A stretch of 52,832 nt of DNA from a virus. Its lineage: Duplodnaviria > Caudoviricetes. Below the pieces are notes generated by a model, which saw only the letters and a program-made list of their open reading frames with translations, was not told the DNA's origin and did not search any database. Location: positions 1 through 52,832 of IMG/VR virus record IMGVR_UViG_3300044708_000049. One strand, 5' to 3'. This document shows, piece by piece, positions 1 to 8,747 of the stretch. A program made the position numbers and the translations under genes. The stretch's first letter is position 1, and each line of letters begins with the position of its first letter.

Positions 1-235
1 ACCCTGATTGGGCGAAAGTCCCTGATTCATTCGAGAAACAACAACGTGTCTGTCTTAAAAACGATAGACAGGCGGTAGTTGACCAATTCATTCAAACAAT
101 TGTTAAAACTGGTTGTGGCATAACTCAAGTGGGTGATAGGTTCACGATACGTTGGTATAACGAAAAGAAAGAACTCGTTGACGTTCATTTCGCCTTACTC
201 GAAGTTCACATTCCGAGAGATTACGAAAGCGATTA

Positions 236-442
236 TTGATGTTCATGTATATTTTCAAACCGGAGAAGACCGATACCAAGTGGCATCTTAACAATGGTGG
301 TGTTGAATGGAAGACCATTTGCGGAAAATCATTGTATCCGAATAGTGAACAATTAAAAGTTGGTCAGGGACACAAAGATTGCCAGCCCGACCCACCGAGG
401 GAAACCCTCTGCCCGATTTGCTTTGACTTCATGCCAAAATAG
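236..442 (+). CDS. small Cys-containing hypothetical protein
   Basis: ORF with TICGK and CPIC motifs, in line with neighbours. Confidence 0.55.
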   Translation: MMFMYIFKPEKTDTKWHLNNGGVEWKTICGKSLYPNSEQLKVGQGHKDCQPDPPRETLCPICFDFMPK

Positions 443-451
443 TGTTATGAT
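423..451 (+). promoter_or_regulatory. sigma70-like promoter TTGACT-N17-TATGAT (leaderless)
   Basis: -10 ends 6 nt before ATG at 458. Confidence 0.7.
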
Positions 452-457
452 TCTCAC

Positions 458-961
458 ATGAAAAGTTGGGAAGACATAAAATGGGACATTCGGGATTGGT
501 TCCGTTACACTATGCCTCGACCAATCCGAGAAGGATGGTGGGCAATTCGGGCTTTCTTCAATCCTCGCCAACGATGGCTGACGAAGAAAATTCCCTATCA
601 ATGGATTGACAAAGATAGTCTCATAGAAATCTGCCTTCTCGAAAGCCTGAAACATTACGTTGAAGGTGAGGATGTATTCAATGTTCTTAGTCGTGACAAT
701 CCGCCCTATCAAAAGAAATTTTTGGATAAGGTAGAACATTACTATAAAGTAGTGACGGTTCAACTTACTGAATTAGAGAAACAATTGGCAGTTGTTTGGA
801 ATAATGTTCCGTGTCGGGATTTGAAAGACATTAACAATCAGCAACCCGGCGACTACGAAAGAATCTATGGTGAAGTTGACCGACTAGAAAAACAAATCAA
901 AGATTTGAAAACCGAAGTCATGGTGTGGATAGTAACTGAAAGAGAGTCATTATGGACATAA
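458..961 (+). CDS. hypothetical protein
   Basis: 167 aa ORF directly after promoter. Confidence 0.8.
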   Translation: MKSWEDIKWDIRDWFRYTMPRPIREGWWAIRAFFNPRQRWLTKKIPYQWIDKDSLIEICLLESLKHYVEGEDVFNVLSRDNPPYQKKFLDKVEHYYKVVTVQLTELEKQLAVVWNNVPCRDLKDINNQQPGDYERIYGEVDRLEKQIKDLKTEVMVWIVTERESLWT

Positions 962-1245
962 AACACAAGACGAATCGACCGTCCAAGTTGCCAAAGAAAA
1001 TCATCCGACTGGATGACGGAATGGAATTTGTATTGAATCCTAAAACAAAAAAATATCGAGTTCATTTAGGTGTTAAACGTTTGGATGACCCTAATCATCT
1101 TCATTTTGAGTATGACTATGAGAGACTTATGGATGATGAACGTAATCCCGGTCGATTCAAAGTGGCTGATGGAACCGAAGACATTGCTGCCATGAAAAAA
1201 GCATGGTTCGACCGAGTAAGCAAAAATAGACACTTTGATAATTAA
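952..1245 (+). CDS. hypothetical protein
   Basis: Contiguous ORF in operon. Confidence 0.7.
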   Translation: MDIKHKTNRPSKLPKKIIRLDDGMEFVLNPKTKKYRVHLGVKRLDDPNHLHFEYDYERLMDDERNPGRFKVADGTEDIAAMKKAWFDRVSKNRHFDN

Positions 1246-1953
1246 ATGAATAGACTACTGAAATTTAGACAGACTGACGATTCAAAATGGTATGTCACTA
1301 CGGACACACATTTTGGTCACAATCCGAAATGGCCAATCCCTCTGTGGAAGAGTAGAGGCTACCCCAATGTAACGGCCCACGACGATGGCGTTTTCAATAA
1401 AATCAATGAAATTGTCAGACCGAATGACAAACTCATTCACTTGGGCGATTGGTGTCTGAACACGACTCGTTCACAATTCGAGGAACAACTGTCTCGAATC
1501 AAGTGTCAGAACATCTACATGCTTTGGGGAAATCACAACAATCCTGTTTGGGGTGTCTATCAAGACATTATCAAAGAAGAGATTAACCAATACGAAAGCC
1601 GTGATGGTTGTCTCATGAACAGTGAAATCGAAATCTATCCGTTCAAGTATCGGAACGTCACGTTCATTGGCAATCGCTGTGAGATGGTAGTTGATGGCCA
1701 CTATTTTGTGTGTGACCACTTCCCTCTTTACGTGTTCAACGAAATGAAACACGGAGCGATGCATCTATGTGGACACTCTCACTATAGTTGTGAATTGTCA
1801 CAGGCTGATGACCTACGTTCTAAGGTATTGGATGTGGGTTGGGATGGTCACGCGAGGCCGTTGTCACTCAATGAAGTGTTGAAGATGATGGCGAAAAAAG
1901 GTGTCATGGAAGTTGACCACCATCGAAAAGACGGTCCAACGTCAGGAGAATAA
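1246..1953 (+). CDS. calcineurin-like metallophosphoesterase
   Basis: Motifs TDTHFGH, HLGD, GNHN, DHFP, GHSH, DVGWD. Confidence 0.9.
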   Translation: MNRLLKFRQTDDSKWYVTTDTHFGHNPKWPIPLWKSRGYPNVTAHDDGVFNKINEIVRPNDKLIHLGDWCLNTTRSQFEEQLSRIKCQNIYMLWGNHNNPVWGVYQDIIKEEINQYESRDGCLMNSEIEIYPFKYRNVTFIGNRCEMVVDGHYFVCDHFPLYVFNEMKHGAMHLCGHSHYSCELSQADDLRSKVLDVGWDGHARPLSLNEVLKMMAKKGVMEVDHHRKDGPTSGE

Positions 1954-1955
1954 GT

Positions 1956-2165
1956 ATGAAAACTACGTCAGCAGAAAAACTCATTCGAGACAATAAACGT
2001 CTCAAGAGACAATGTATTCTTCTAAAGAAAGAGAACACACAACTCGAACGACAACTCAAAATTTCTGAACTAACAATGCGGGATTACCAAAACAATGTAG
2101 CCGTATTGGAAGACAGACTTCGTAAGGCCGAACCCGAACTTTACGATTACGCGAAAGGAATGTAA
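1956..2165 (+). CDS. small coiled-coil hypothetical protein
   Basis: Contiguous ORF with heptad-like composition. Confidence 0.65.
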   Translation: MKTTSAEKLIRDNKRLKRQCILLKKENTQLERQLKISELTMRDYQNNVAVLEDRLRKAEPELYDYAKGM

Positions 2166-2363
2166 ATGAATAAACTATTAGAAATTCAAGTGGTGAATCA
2201 AGTGACGGGCCAAAAATACAGCCTGTTAGGTTTTAGAAGCAAAGGCGATGACCGTTCCGGCATCCAAGTCACTAGCATGACTCTTCATGACGTTAGCAAC
2301 CGACAAGTTGTGGTTGTGGATAGTGTGTTGGAGATGAAGAAATACCAACTCATTACGTCGTAA
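2166..2363 (+). CDS. hypothetical protein
   Basis: Contiguous ORF with AAGGA SD. Confidence 0.6.
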   Translation: MNKLLEIQVVNQVTGQKYSLLGFRSKGDDRSGIQVTSMTLHDVSNRQVVVVDSVLEMKKYQLITS

Positions 2364-2815
2364 TGAAATCACGTTTAGGAATCTACGCTGGCAGTTTCAA
2401 TCCATTTCATATTGGCCACCTTGACATTGTACATCAAGCCAACAAAATATTTGATGATGTGATTCTAGCCATAGGCAAGAATCCTGATAAGGCTACGGTT
2501 CCTATAGGACGTGACGGAATTCCATTCGGCATTGGCGTATCTTCCATCCATCATTACGAAGGTCTTCTTTCCACCGAACTACAGGATTGGGAGGTCAATG
2601 GGTATGATGTTACCTTGATTCGTGGTATGAGAAGTATCCACGATTTGACCGAAGAACAGAATCTAGCAACATTCGTTCGGTCAATGTATCCATCATTGAA
2701 AGTGGTTTACTTTTTGTGTAAGCCTGAGTTTGCCCACATTAGTTCATCCACAATCCGTGGCATCCGTAAGTTTTCGGAGGAAGAGTATCAAAAATACATT
2801 CCTAAACAGAGTTGA
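2363..2815 (+). CDS. coaD: phosphopantetheine adenylyltransferase-like HIGH nucleotidyltransferase
   Basis: YAGSFNPFHIGHLDI, GKNPDK, LIRGMR, HISSSTIR match the CoaD pattern. Confidence 0.8.
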   Translation: MKSRLGIYAGSFNPFHIGHLDIVHQANKIFDDVILAIGKNPDKATVPIGRDGIPFGIGVSSIHHYEGLLSTELQDWEVNGYDVTLIRGMRSIHDLTEEQNLATFVRSMYPSLKVVYFLCKPEFAHISSSTIRGIRKFSEEEYQKYIPKQS

Positions 2816-2840
2816 CAGTTTCCTCGACCTGTAGTATATT
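2812..2840 (+). promoter_or_regulatory. promoter TTGACA-N17-TATATT for the tRNA pair
   Basis: Consensus -35, near-consensus -10, 13 nt upstream of tRNA. Confidence 0.6.
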
Positions 2841-2853
2841 TATATCAGTTAAT

Positions 2854-2930
2854 GCTGTCGTGGCTCGAATGGATTAGGCACCGACCTTCTAAGTCGTACC
2901 ATACAGGTTCGAATCCTGTCGGCAGCACCA
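2854..2930 (+). tRNA. tRNA-Arg (TCT)
   Basis: Acceptor GCTGTCG/CGGCAGC, D-loop GAATGGATTA, anticodon loop CTTCTAA, T-arm ACAGG-TTCGAAT-CCTGT, encoded ACCA. Confidence 0.93.
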
Positions 2931-2932
2931 AT

Positions 2933-3014
2933 GAGTCGGTATCAGCGTCGTTTCCTAAACGATAAGCATGTAAATGGATTGAAAATGTGGGTTCAACTCC
3001 CATCCGGCTCACCA
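2933..3014 (+). tRNA. atypical tRNA-Arg(CCT)-like RNA without a D-arm
   Basis: Acceptor GAGTCGG/CCGGCTC + ACCA; anticodon arm GTCGT-TTCCTAA-ACGAT; T-arm GTGGG-TTCAACT-CCCAT; only 7 nt where the D-arm belongs; 23-nt variable region. Confidence 0.75.
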
Positions 3015-3027
3015 CTTAGGATAGGAT

Positions 3028-3852
3028 GTGAGATACAATACTTTCAAGTATATCATGCTGTTGCCATTACTGGCAGTGTTGATGTGTCTCTCTTTGAAGG
3101 CTTCTGACACGGTGAAGATTGCCTCCGATTTAACCTCCATCTCCGTTCTCATTAGGACAACTAATGTCGCAGGCAGCGGAACCATCTTTGTTAGAAAAGA
3201 TTCTACTGGGACAAATGACATTACTTTTGTTTGGACAGCGGCGCATGTCATTCTCGAAGATACAACGAAGTTCCTAATGGAACTTGGACCTTTTCACCTT
3301 TGGTTTGACCCGGATTGTGATACGAACAAAGTCGTGAAACAATCTATCGCGGCTCTTCAATTCGTTGTCAAAGACGGAAGAATGACGACCACGAATAGGG
3401 CCACGGCAAAGGTCATTGCTTACAATGACGATGAAGATTTAGCCCTCCTTCGTGTCGAAGGTAATCCATATTCCAACAGCGTATCTTTCTATCTTGGCAA
3501 AGAAATTCCTCCAGTTGGAACTGAACTATTTAGTGTGTCTTCGCCTTTCGCTTTTACTGGTGCCTCTAGTTTTAGTGTAGGTATGATTTCTTTTGTTGGT
3601 CGAATACATGATAATAATGTTTTTGACCAAACGACATTGGTTGTTTACCCCGGCTCAAGTGGTGGTGGTGTTCATCGGGCAGATGAAAAATACATCGGTA
3701 TGTGTGTCATTAGCATAGCCTCTCAGATGAATTTTATAATTCCGGTAAGACGAATGTTGGATTGGGTCAAGAAAGAACATATCGAATGGGCGATGAATCC
3801 TGACGTGGAAATCCCAAATGAGACTATCTTACAGTCTTTGGTTAAACACTAA
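3028..3852 (+). CDS. trypsin-like serine protease with signal peptide (start may be ATG 3055)
   Basis: WTAAHV, DLALL, PGSSGGG catalytic triad motifs; hydrophobic N-terminus. Confidence 0.88.
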   Translation: MRYNTFKYIMLLPLLAVLMCLSLKASDTVKIASDLTSISVLIRTTNVAGSGTIFVRKDSTGTNDITFVWTAAHVILEDTTKFLMELGPFHLWFDPDCDTNKVVKQSIAALQFVVKDGRMTTTNRATAKVIAYNDDEDLALLRVEGNPYSNSVSFYLGKEIPPVGTELFSVSSPFAFTGASSFSVGMISFVGRIHDNNVFDQTTLVVYPGSSGGGVHRADEKYIGMCVISIASQMNFIIPVRRMLDWVKKEHIEWAMNPDVEIPNETILQSLVKH

Positions 3853-3881
3853 ATAACGTGGGTGATTTTTCCCCTTCCCTT

Positions 3882-3916
3882 CTATTTATTTACACAAGTA
3901 ATAACGTGTATAAATA
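3882..3916 (+). promoter_or_regulatory. AT-rich imperfect palindrome with CTATTTAT and TATAAATA; candidate late promoter
   Basis: CTATTTATTTACAC...GTGTATAAATAAATA just before virion-like genes. Confidence 0.4.
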
Positions 3917-3922
3917 AATAAA

Positions 3923-4276
3923 ATGGCAACATTCACTAAACTAATACTATCGGCATCCAATAATGGTCAACACATTTTGTTGTCTTCAACCGGCTCGTCA
4001 TCGGCTAACCCAATCCATACTACTCCGGCTGGAACATCCTCTTTGGATGAAATTTATCTATATGCCTACAATGAAGCGACCGCTAGTGTTCTTACAACTC
4101 TCAATTGGGGCGGTGGCTCTGAACCTACCAATATTTGCCGTGTAACTCTTCCACCACAATCAGGCCGAATATTGATTGCCGACGGAATGTTGTTGACGAA
4201 TGGTTTGACTGTCTATGGTTATGCTTCGGCATCTAACATGGTCAATATTGACGGCTTTGTAAACAGAATTTCTTAA
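3923..4276 (+). CDS. putative virion-associated beta-rich protein
   Basis: S/T/G-rich, LDEIYLYAYN; upstream of LamG-like genes. Confidence 0.6.
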   Translation: MATFTKLILSASNNGQHILLSSTGSSSANPIHTTPAGTSSLDEIYLYAYNEATASVLTTLNWGGGSEPTNICRVTLPPQSGRILIADGMLLTNGLTVYGYASASNMVNIDGFVNRIS

Positions 4277-4280
4277 TTCT

Positions 4281-5057
4281 ATGAGTCATGACTTACGAAG
4301 AGGAAGCAGAAAATTCGGCATAGCAGATACTCCGGTAACTGCCTCCGACTATTATCTTTCTACCTTTCCAAGTCTGGTTTTAGATTACAATATACCCATC
4401 ACCACACTCGGAGGGTCAAGTCAAATAAATCTTGTCAAAGATACTGCCTATAAAACACATTTAGACCTTGGTGGAGCAACTTCTACTTCTACTCCAGCAG
4501 GTACGTCTAGTCTTGAAGAAATAGGAGGCGTGACTTATGCTAATTTTTCTAGTACTCAATTTTTGACCAGTTCTCTCAATTTCACAATGTCGATGCCTTT
4601 CACGATTTTCACTGTGGCTAAAGAAACATACATAGGAACTAATTATCATTTTCTGTATGACGGAGTTCAATCAAGTGGCCCAAGATGCACTGTGTATGCC
4701 GCTTCATCAGGTGTAAATCAGATTTTTATGGGAATCAATTCTATGGAACAGGGATTTTCGTATGATTGGATAGGAAATACGAACAAGTGGAGATTGTTTG
4801 AAACACATTGGAATCTTACTTCCACTTCATCGCTTTGGATAAACAATGTTCTTATTGGTAGTCCAAGATTCTCTGGTTCAGGTGCATTTGGTGGAGTCAC
4901 GTTTGGTTGTCGAGCGGACGGCGCGCCAAGTTCTTTTGGTTGGCATGGAGGCATCGCCCGAATGGCCTTTTTCAATAGTGAAATAACTGGCTCGGATTTG
5001 ATTAACATTCGAACCTATCTGAGAAATATGTATAACCTTTCTTTTCCAGTATCATGA
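4281..5057 (+). CDS. LamG/concanavalin-A-like domain protein, paralogue 1
   Basis: FTIFTVAK, LWINN, WHGGIARMAFFN...IRTYLRNMY pattern. Confidence 0.7.
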   Translation: MSHDLRRGSRKFGIADTPVTASDYYLSTFPSLVLDYNIPITTLGGSSQINLVKDTAYKTHLDLGGATSTSTPAGTSSLEEIGGVTYANFSSTQFLTSSLNFTMSMPFTIFTVAKETYIGTNYHFLYDGVQSSGPRCTVYAASSGVNQIFMGINSMEQGFSYDWIGNTNKWRLFETHWNLTSTSSLWINNVLIGSPRFSGSGAFGGVTFGCRADGAPSSFGWHGGIARMAFFNSEITGSDLINIRTYLRNMYNLSFPVS

Positions 5058-5839
5058 GACACATAAACGAAAGACATCATAAACGTTTTATCAATGGAGA
5101 AACATCCATTGCTCCAGCCGATTATTTTCTATCGACCTTTCCATCATATACATTGGATTATGATGTTGCTTATATGGGTGTTGGTAATGGTGGTAACTTA
5201 ACGTCACTTGTTGACCGTTCAAATAAACATGGACCGGGATGCACTTTATTTCCCGGACCATCTGGTGCTCCAAATATCTCGGTACTTCAATCGGAGTTAA
5301 ACGGCGCAGCATTCATGCTGTATAATAACAATGCATTCATGAGCAGTTCTGCCACTTCGCCTCTTGTCTTGTCACAATCAATCACAATATTTGTTGTAGC
5401 GAAAAGAACAGAGACAACCAATCTTAACAGTTTTTTGTTTGATGGGTTTTCAACATCAATAGGTGCGGGCCAGCGATGTTATCTTTTTCGTCCCAGTGGT
5501 GGTGCCACTTTAGAAGCGGGATGTAACACTACTAATATGAGTGGAACATACAGTTGGGCCACTTACGATAATGTTTGGAGATTATTCGAAGTTCATTTGG
5601 TCGGTTCAGGTTCCGGTACTATCCTTAATGGATCCACTCAAGTCAATTCAGCAAATATTCCCACAACTGGCAATATTAATTGTTCGGGATTGATTTTGGG
5701 ATGTAGAGTTGATGGCAATCCGGGAACATTCCGATGGGAGGGTGGTATCGCCCGATTCACCGCGTTTAATGGCAATCTCACAGGTTCCGATTTGATAAAA
5801 GTAAGAAACTACTTTCGAACCAAATACGCTCTCTATTAA
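5054..5839 (+). CDS. LamG/concanavalin-A-like domain protein, paralogue 2
   Basis: ITIFVVAK, WEGGIARFTAFN...VRNYFRTKY; clear similarity to 4281-5057. Confidence 0.7.
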   Translation: MRHINERHHKRFINGETSIAPADYFLSTFPSYTLDYDVAYMGVGNGGNLTSLVDRSNKHGPGCTLFPGPSGAPNISVLQSELNGAAFMLYNNNAFMSSSATSPLVLSQSITIFVVAKRTETTNLNSFLFDGFSTSIGAGQRCYLFRPSGGATLEAGCNTTNMSGTYSWATYDNVWRLFEVHLVGSGSGTILNGSTQVNSANIPTTGNINCSGLILGCRVDGNPGTFRWEGGIARFTAFNGNLTGSDLIKVRNYFRTKYALY

Positions 5840-6339
5840 TGAGAAATACTGTTTTGGTATTGAACCAAATCATTCAGTAGAATTCCAAGATTTTCTCGAA
5901 CGGGCCACTTATAACCAACTAACTTGGCTTGAACCTTTACATCCAAAGCCCGCTTGTAATTCTTGTCAACTCCAATGAATACACGTTGACCATTTTCATC
6001 ACCATTCCAAAAATCATGGTTTCTTTCCAATGCTGCGCCTAATTCATAGAGGGTGATGGGTTGTAGGGTGTCATCGGTGAACCAGAATAGAATATCCGTT
6101 ACCTTACGAATGTATTCGAATTCCCAAGCAATCTGAATGACCGATTCTTCCACTTGACTTCCATCCATTTTCCAATCATTACGTCGCGGATTGATGACCG
6201 TCAAAGAATTCTCGGGTTCGAGGGCTCTGGCTGCTTGTGACTGCCAATCTTCACAGTTAGAAATACCTCCAGCCAAGAATACTGACAGTTGGTTTTTGAT
6301 TTTGACTTTGTTCGGCGCTTCGATGTATTGATGTGGCAT
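5836..6339 (-). CDS. nucleoside 2-deoxyribosyltransferase-like protein
   Basis: VFLAGGI, DWQ, NPRR, QIAWE, LFWF, PITLYELG. Confidence 0.85.
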   Translation of the reverse strand: MPHQYIEAPNKVKIKNQLSVFLAGGISNCEDWQSQAARALEPENSLTVINPRRNDWKMDGSQVEESVIQIAWEFEYIRKVTDILFWFTDDTLQPITLYELGAALERNHDFWNGDENGQRVFIGVDKNYKRALDVKVQAKLVGYKWPVRENLGILLNDLVQYQNSISH

Positions 6340-6480
6340 AAATGTTAATCGTTAGTAGTAGTATTCATTTTCTCTAAAATTCGATTGATGTCGCATAGAC
6401 ATACTGGACCATCAAAACAAAATTTGACAAATGGAAATCGCTTGGTGAATTTTATCTGTAAATAAGGTGGACACGGGCAT

Positions 6481-7236
6481 TCACACGACGGCTTCTTTAT
6501 GAACCGTAGTCGAATCACAGCCAACGATTTGTTTGTCTTCATAATTGTTAATTGTCTCGACGAAACCTGAACTCACAGTTTCTAGTTTTCGTTTTGGTAA
6601 AAGTGGACTGTGTTCACATGATGCGCAATGACCACAGGGAGAATATGTTTCTTTCGGTGAACTCTGAACCATGTTTTTGTCTTCACATGGTTTCAATTCT
6701 TCTCTATGAACAATAGGATTTTCACACCATACAACTTCGGCTTTCAATTCTTTATCCAGATCGATAACTATTTCGCTTTTGGGAATTTTTGAAAGAGGAA
6801 AGGTCACTTTCGGAAATTTCTTGAAAGTGAATTTACTATAGGCTTTGAAGATACTCTTTATCTCTTGAAGATACGATATTGCGCAATCATTCATAACGTA
6901 ACCAATACACACTTCATTAGTAGTTTCAGGCGTACATTCCATCAAAGCAGAAATCCAAACAGGCAATTGTTTGAGTGGTGGGAAAGTTCCGACAGAACAC
7001 ACTTGGGCTTTGTATATCGTATCCAAGAATACAAATCTATCAGAGTATTTCTTTTGGAGAATTGGGAGTAACTTTTGGATGGCCGCTTTCTCCATTTTGG
7101 TCTTGTTATAATTGTTTAACAGTTCCACGTAACCGGCCGTAACTTTCACGTTAGGATTTGAATCTAACAAGGTTTGAATCATGAAAGTCGAATCAAGCCC
7201 GCCGCTCCATAATAAGAACACTTCTTTTTTCTTCAT
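6481..7236 (-). CDS. queC: QueC-like PP-loop ATPase (7-cyano-7-deazaguanine synthase family)
   Basis: SGGLDS PP-loop; WC...PCGHCASC zinc motif. Confidence 0.65.
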   Translation of the reverse strand: MKKKEVFLLWSGGLDSTFMIQTLLDSNPNVKVTAGYVELLNNYNKTKMEKAAIQKLLPILQKKYSDRFVFLDTIYKAQVCSVGTFPPLKQLPVWISALMECTPETTNEVCIGYVMNDCAISYLQEIKSIFKAYSKFTFKKFPKVTFPLSKIPKSEIVIDLDKELKAEVVWCENPIVHREELKPCEDKNMVQSSPKETYSPCGHCASCEHSPLLPKRKLETVSSGFVETINNYEDKQIVGCDSTTVHKEAVV

Positions 7237-7592
7237 ACGATTTTTGGAGGCAAGACGATGGTAAAACCGTGGATACGGTATTCGGTCACTGTTCCATCTT
7301 CATCGACTAAAGCCGTACCTACAGGCCGAACATTAAGTTTCAGTGGAACGTATTTCGCCATCGCTTCGTAGAAGTAACAATCTGCTACGAGAATATTTTC
7401 TTCAATACGAAGATTCTCAACATGGCCGAGAATGTCATCCTCTTCTATTGGTATATTAAGAACAGGTTTAGATTGAATGTAAGAGACACCTTCGGGCTTG
7501 TATTCTCTTATCGCTTCCTCCATACACTTTTTGGTATAGATACGGCCACTCTTGTTTGGAACATTGAGTTGTAAAAGTTTTACAGTTGTCAT
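7233..7592 (-). CDS. short prohead-protease-like protein (possibly inactive)
   Basis: PNKSGRIYTK resembles NxNGRxY of T4 gp21-like proteases; LGHVENL. Confidence 0.45.
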   Translation of the reverse strand: MTTVKLLQLNVPNKSGRIYTKKCMEEAIREYKPEGVSYIQSKPVLNIPIEEDDILGHVENLRIEENILVADCYFYEAMAKYVPLKLNVRPVGTALVDEDGTVTEYRIHGFTIVLPPKIV

Positions 7593-7810
7593 AATTCGAA
7601 TCTACATTTCTTTTTATCTACCCAACCGAGTCCTACAAGTTGAACTCTTCGTTTCGTTATGGCAGTGATTTCACATTTGTAATCATTGCCGTTTTTGGAA
7701 GTGATGACGTATGACCCAAGTTTAAATCCATTGGATTTTTTGAGTGTCATGGCCACAGCGATTGGAAATCCCCACTCAGCCGACCCTTTATATGTTCCCA
7801 TTACCATCAT
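7589..7810 (-). CDS. hypothetical protein
   Basis: Overlapping ORF in minus-strand operon. Confidence 0.6.
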   Translation of the reverse strand: MMVMGTYKGSAEWGFPIAVAMTLKKSNGFKLGSYVITSKNGNDYKCEITAITKRRVQLVGLGWVDKKKCRFEL

Positions 7811-8367
7811 ACCAAAAATGTTTTGCCATCGTAGTAAGCGGGAACACCTAAGAAGGCATCCATCTCTCTCACGATGATGCCGGCTTCATCCAACATGATA
7901 CACGAACGAAAGGATGCTTTCATCCAATCTCGTTCCTCGCCGATGATTAGTTTAGCAGCATCACGCCATTGTTTATGAACTACAATTTCTTTGATTTTGG
8001 CATTGACGACGCCCTTGGTACAGTCAACACATGGGATGCCTTGAGTATAGATGGTTCCACCTGCTGTAGCAATTCCCTCACTGGCCGCCATATCTACAAC
8101 GTTTCTCTCGGCGTGTTCAATCCAATGATATTTTTCCGGCCTCTCAAGCCGTTCCGCTTTGTCTTCCACCCCTTGACAGATACCATTGAAACCTTGAAGG
8201 GGAGATTTATTGTTTCGAACAAAAACGGCTCCGATTTTTGTTCTTGGGTCTTTTGATTTTGCTGCGAATTCATAGGCTAGTCTCATGAATAGAACGTCCC
8301 AAGATGGGGGGACGTAATCTTTAAATTCTGTAAATTGAAATTCACTCATTGGGTCATTATCTCTCAT
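7807..8367 (-). CDS. dCMP deaminase
   Basis: SKDPRTKIGAV, GFNG, HAERN, PCVDC. Confidence 0.92.
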   Translation of the reverse strand: MRDNDPMSEFQFTEFKDYVPPSWDVLFMRLAYEFAAKSKDPRTKIGAVFVRNNKSPLQGFNGICQGVEDKAERLERPEKYHWIEHAERNVVDMAASEGIATAGGTIYTQGIPCVDCTKGVVNAKIKEIVVHKQWRDAAKLIIGEERDWMKASFRSCIMLDEAGIIVREMDAFLGVPAYYDGKTFLV

Positions 8368-8398
8368 TTGCTACGTTAATTCAACTTATAATAACTGC

Positions 8399-8426
8399 TT
8401 GACATTTTTTAATTTTGTGTTAGACT
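8399..8426 (+). promoter_or_regulatory. promoter TTGACA-N16-TAGACT (leaderless)
   Basis: 6 nt to ATG 8433. Confidence 0.7.
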
Positions 8427-8432
8427 GCCCAC

Positions 8433-8744
8433 ATGATTAGAACGCCAACATATCGGTTCAAATATAAGGCACCGAATGAAAAGAATGCTGTTGCTCGGAT
8501 TATCTTTCACAAATTGTATGGTCGTAAGGTGAGGGTGAGAGGCCGATTGACACCGAAACAGAGGGAAGCCATGTTTCGTGGTGAGAAAAAACATGTAAAG
8601 ATTCATCGTAAAGGTTGTTGTGGAACCTACGGTTTATTGTCGGTTCGCCATTACTGTTACAATGACTTCAAACTCAGTGATGTGACATTACTGAGAAAAT
8701 TGGGTGTTCGTGGTCCGATTCGATTTGACATTTACGTTTATTAA
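8433..8744 (+). CDS. basic hypothetical protein
   Basis: ORF directly after promoter. Confidence 0.7.
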   Translation: MIRTPTYRFKYKAPNEKNAVARIIFHKLYGRKVRVRGRLTPKQREAMFRGEKKHVKIHRKGCCGTYGLLSVRHYCYNDFKLSDVTLLRKLGVRGPIRFDIYVY

Positions 8745-8747
8745 TTT

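Noticed and set aside
2881-2963. CTA in both anticodon loops suggesting amber suppressors or TAG recoding
   Set aside because: Stem register puts TCT and CCT at loop positions 3-5. Known genes translate intact in code 11 with no internal TAG.
4281-5839. LamG pair as a diversity-generating retroelement TR/VR
   Set aside because: Divergence is general rather than adenine-specific, and no reverse transcriptase is present in the window.
6345-6542. Minus-strand 65-aa ORF between the QueC-like and NDT-like genes
   Set aside because: It overlaps queC by 62 nt with no convincing start; a short gene may exist but cannot be delimited.
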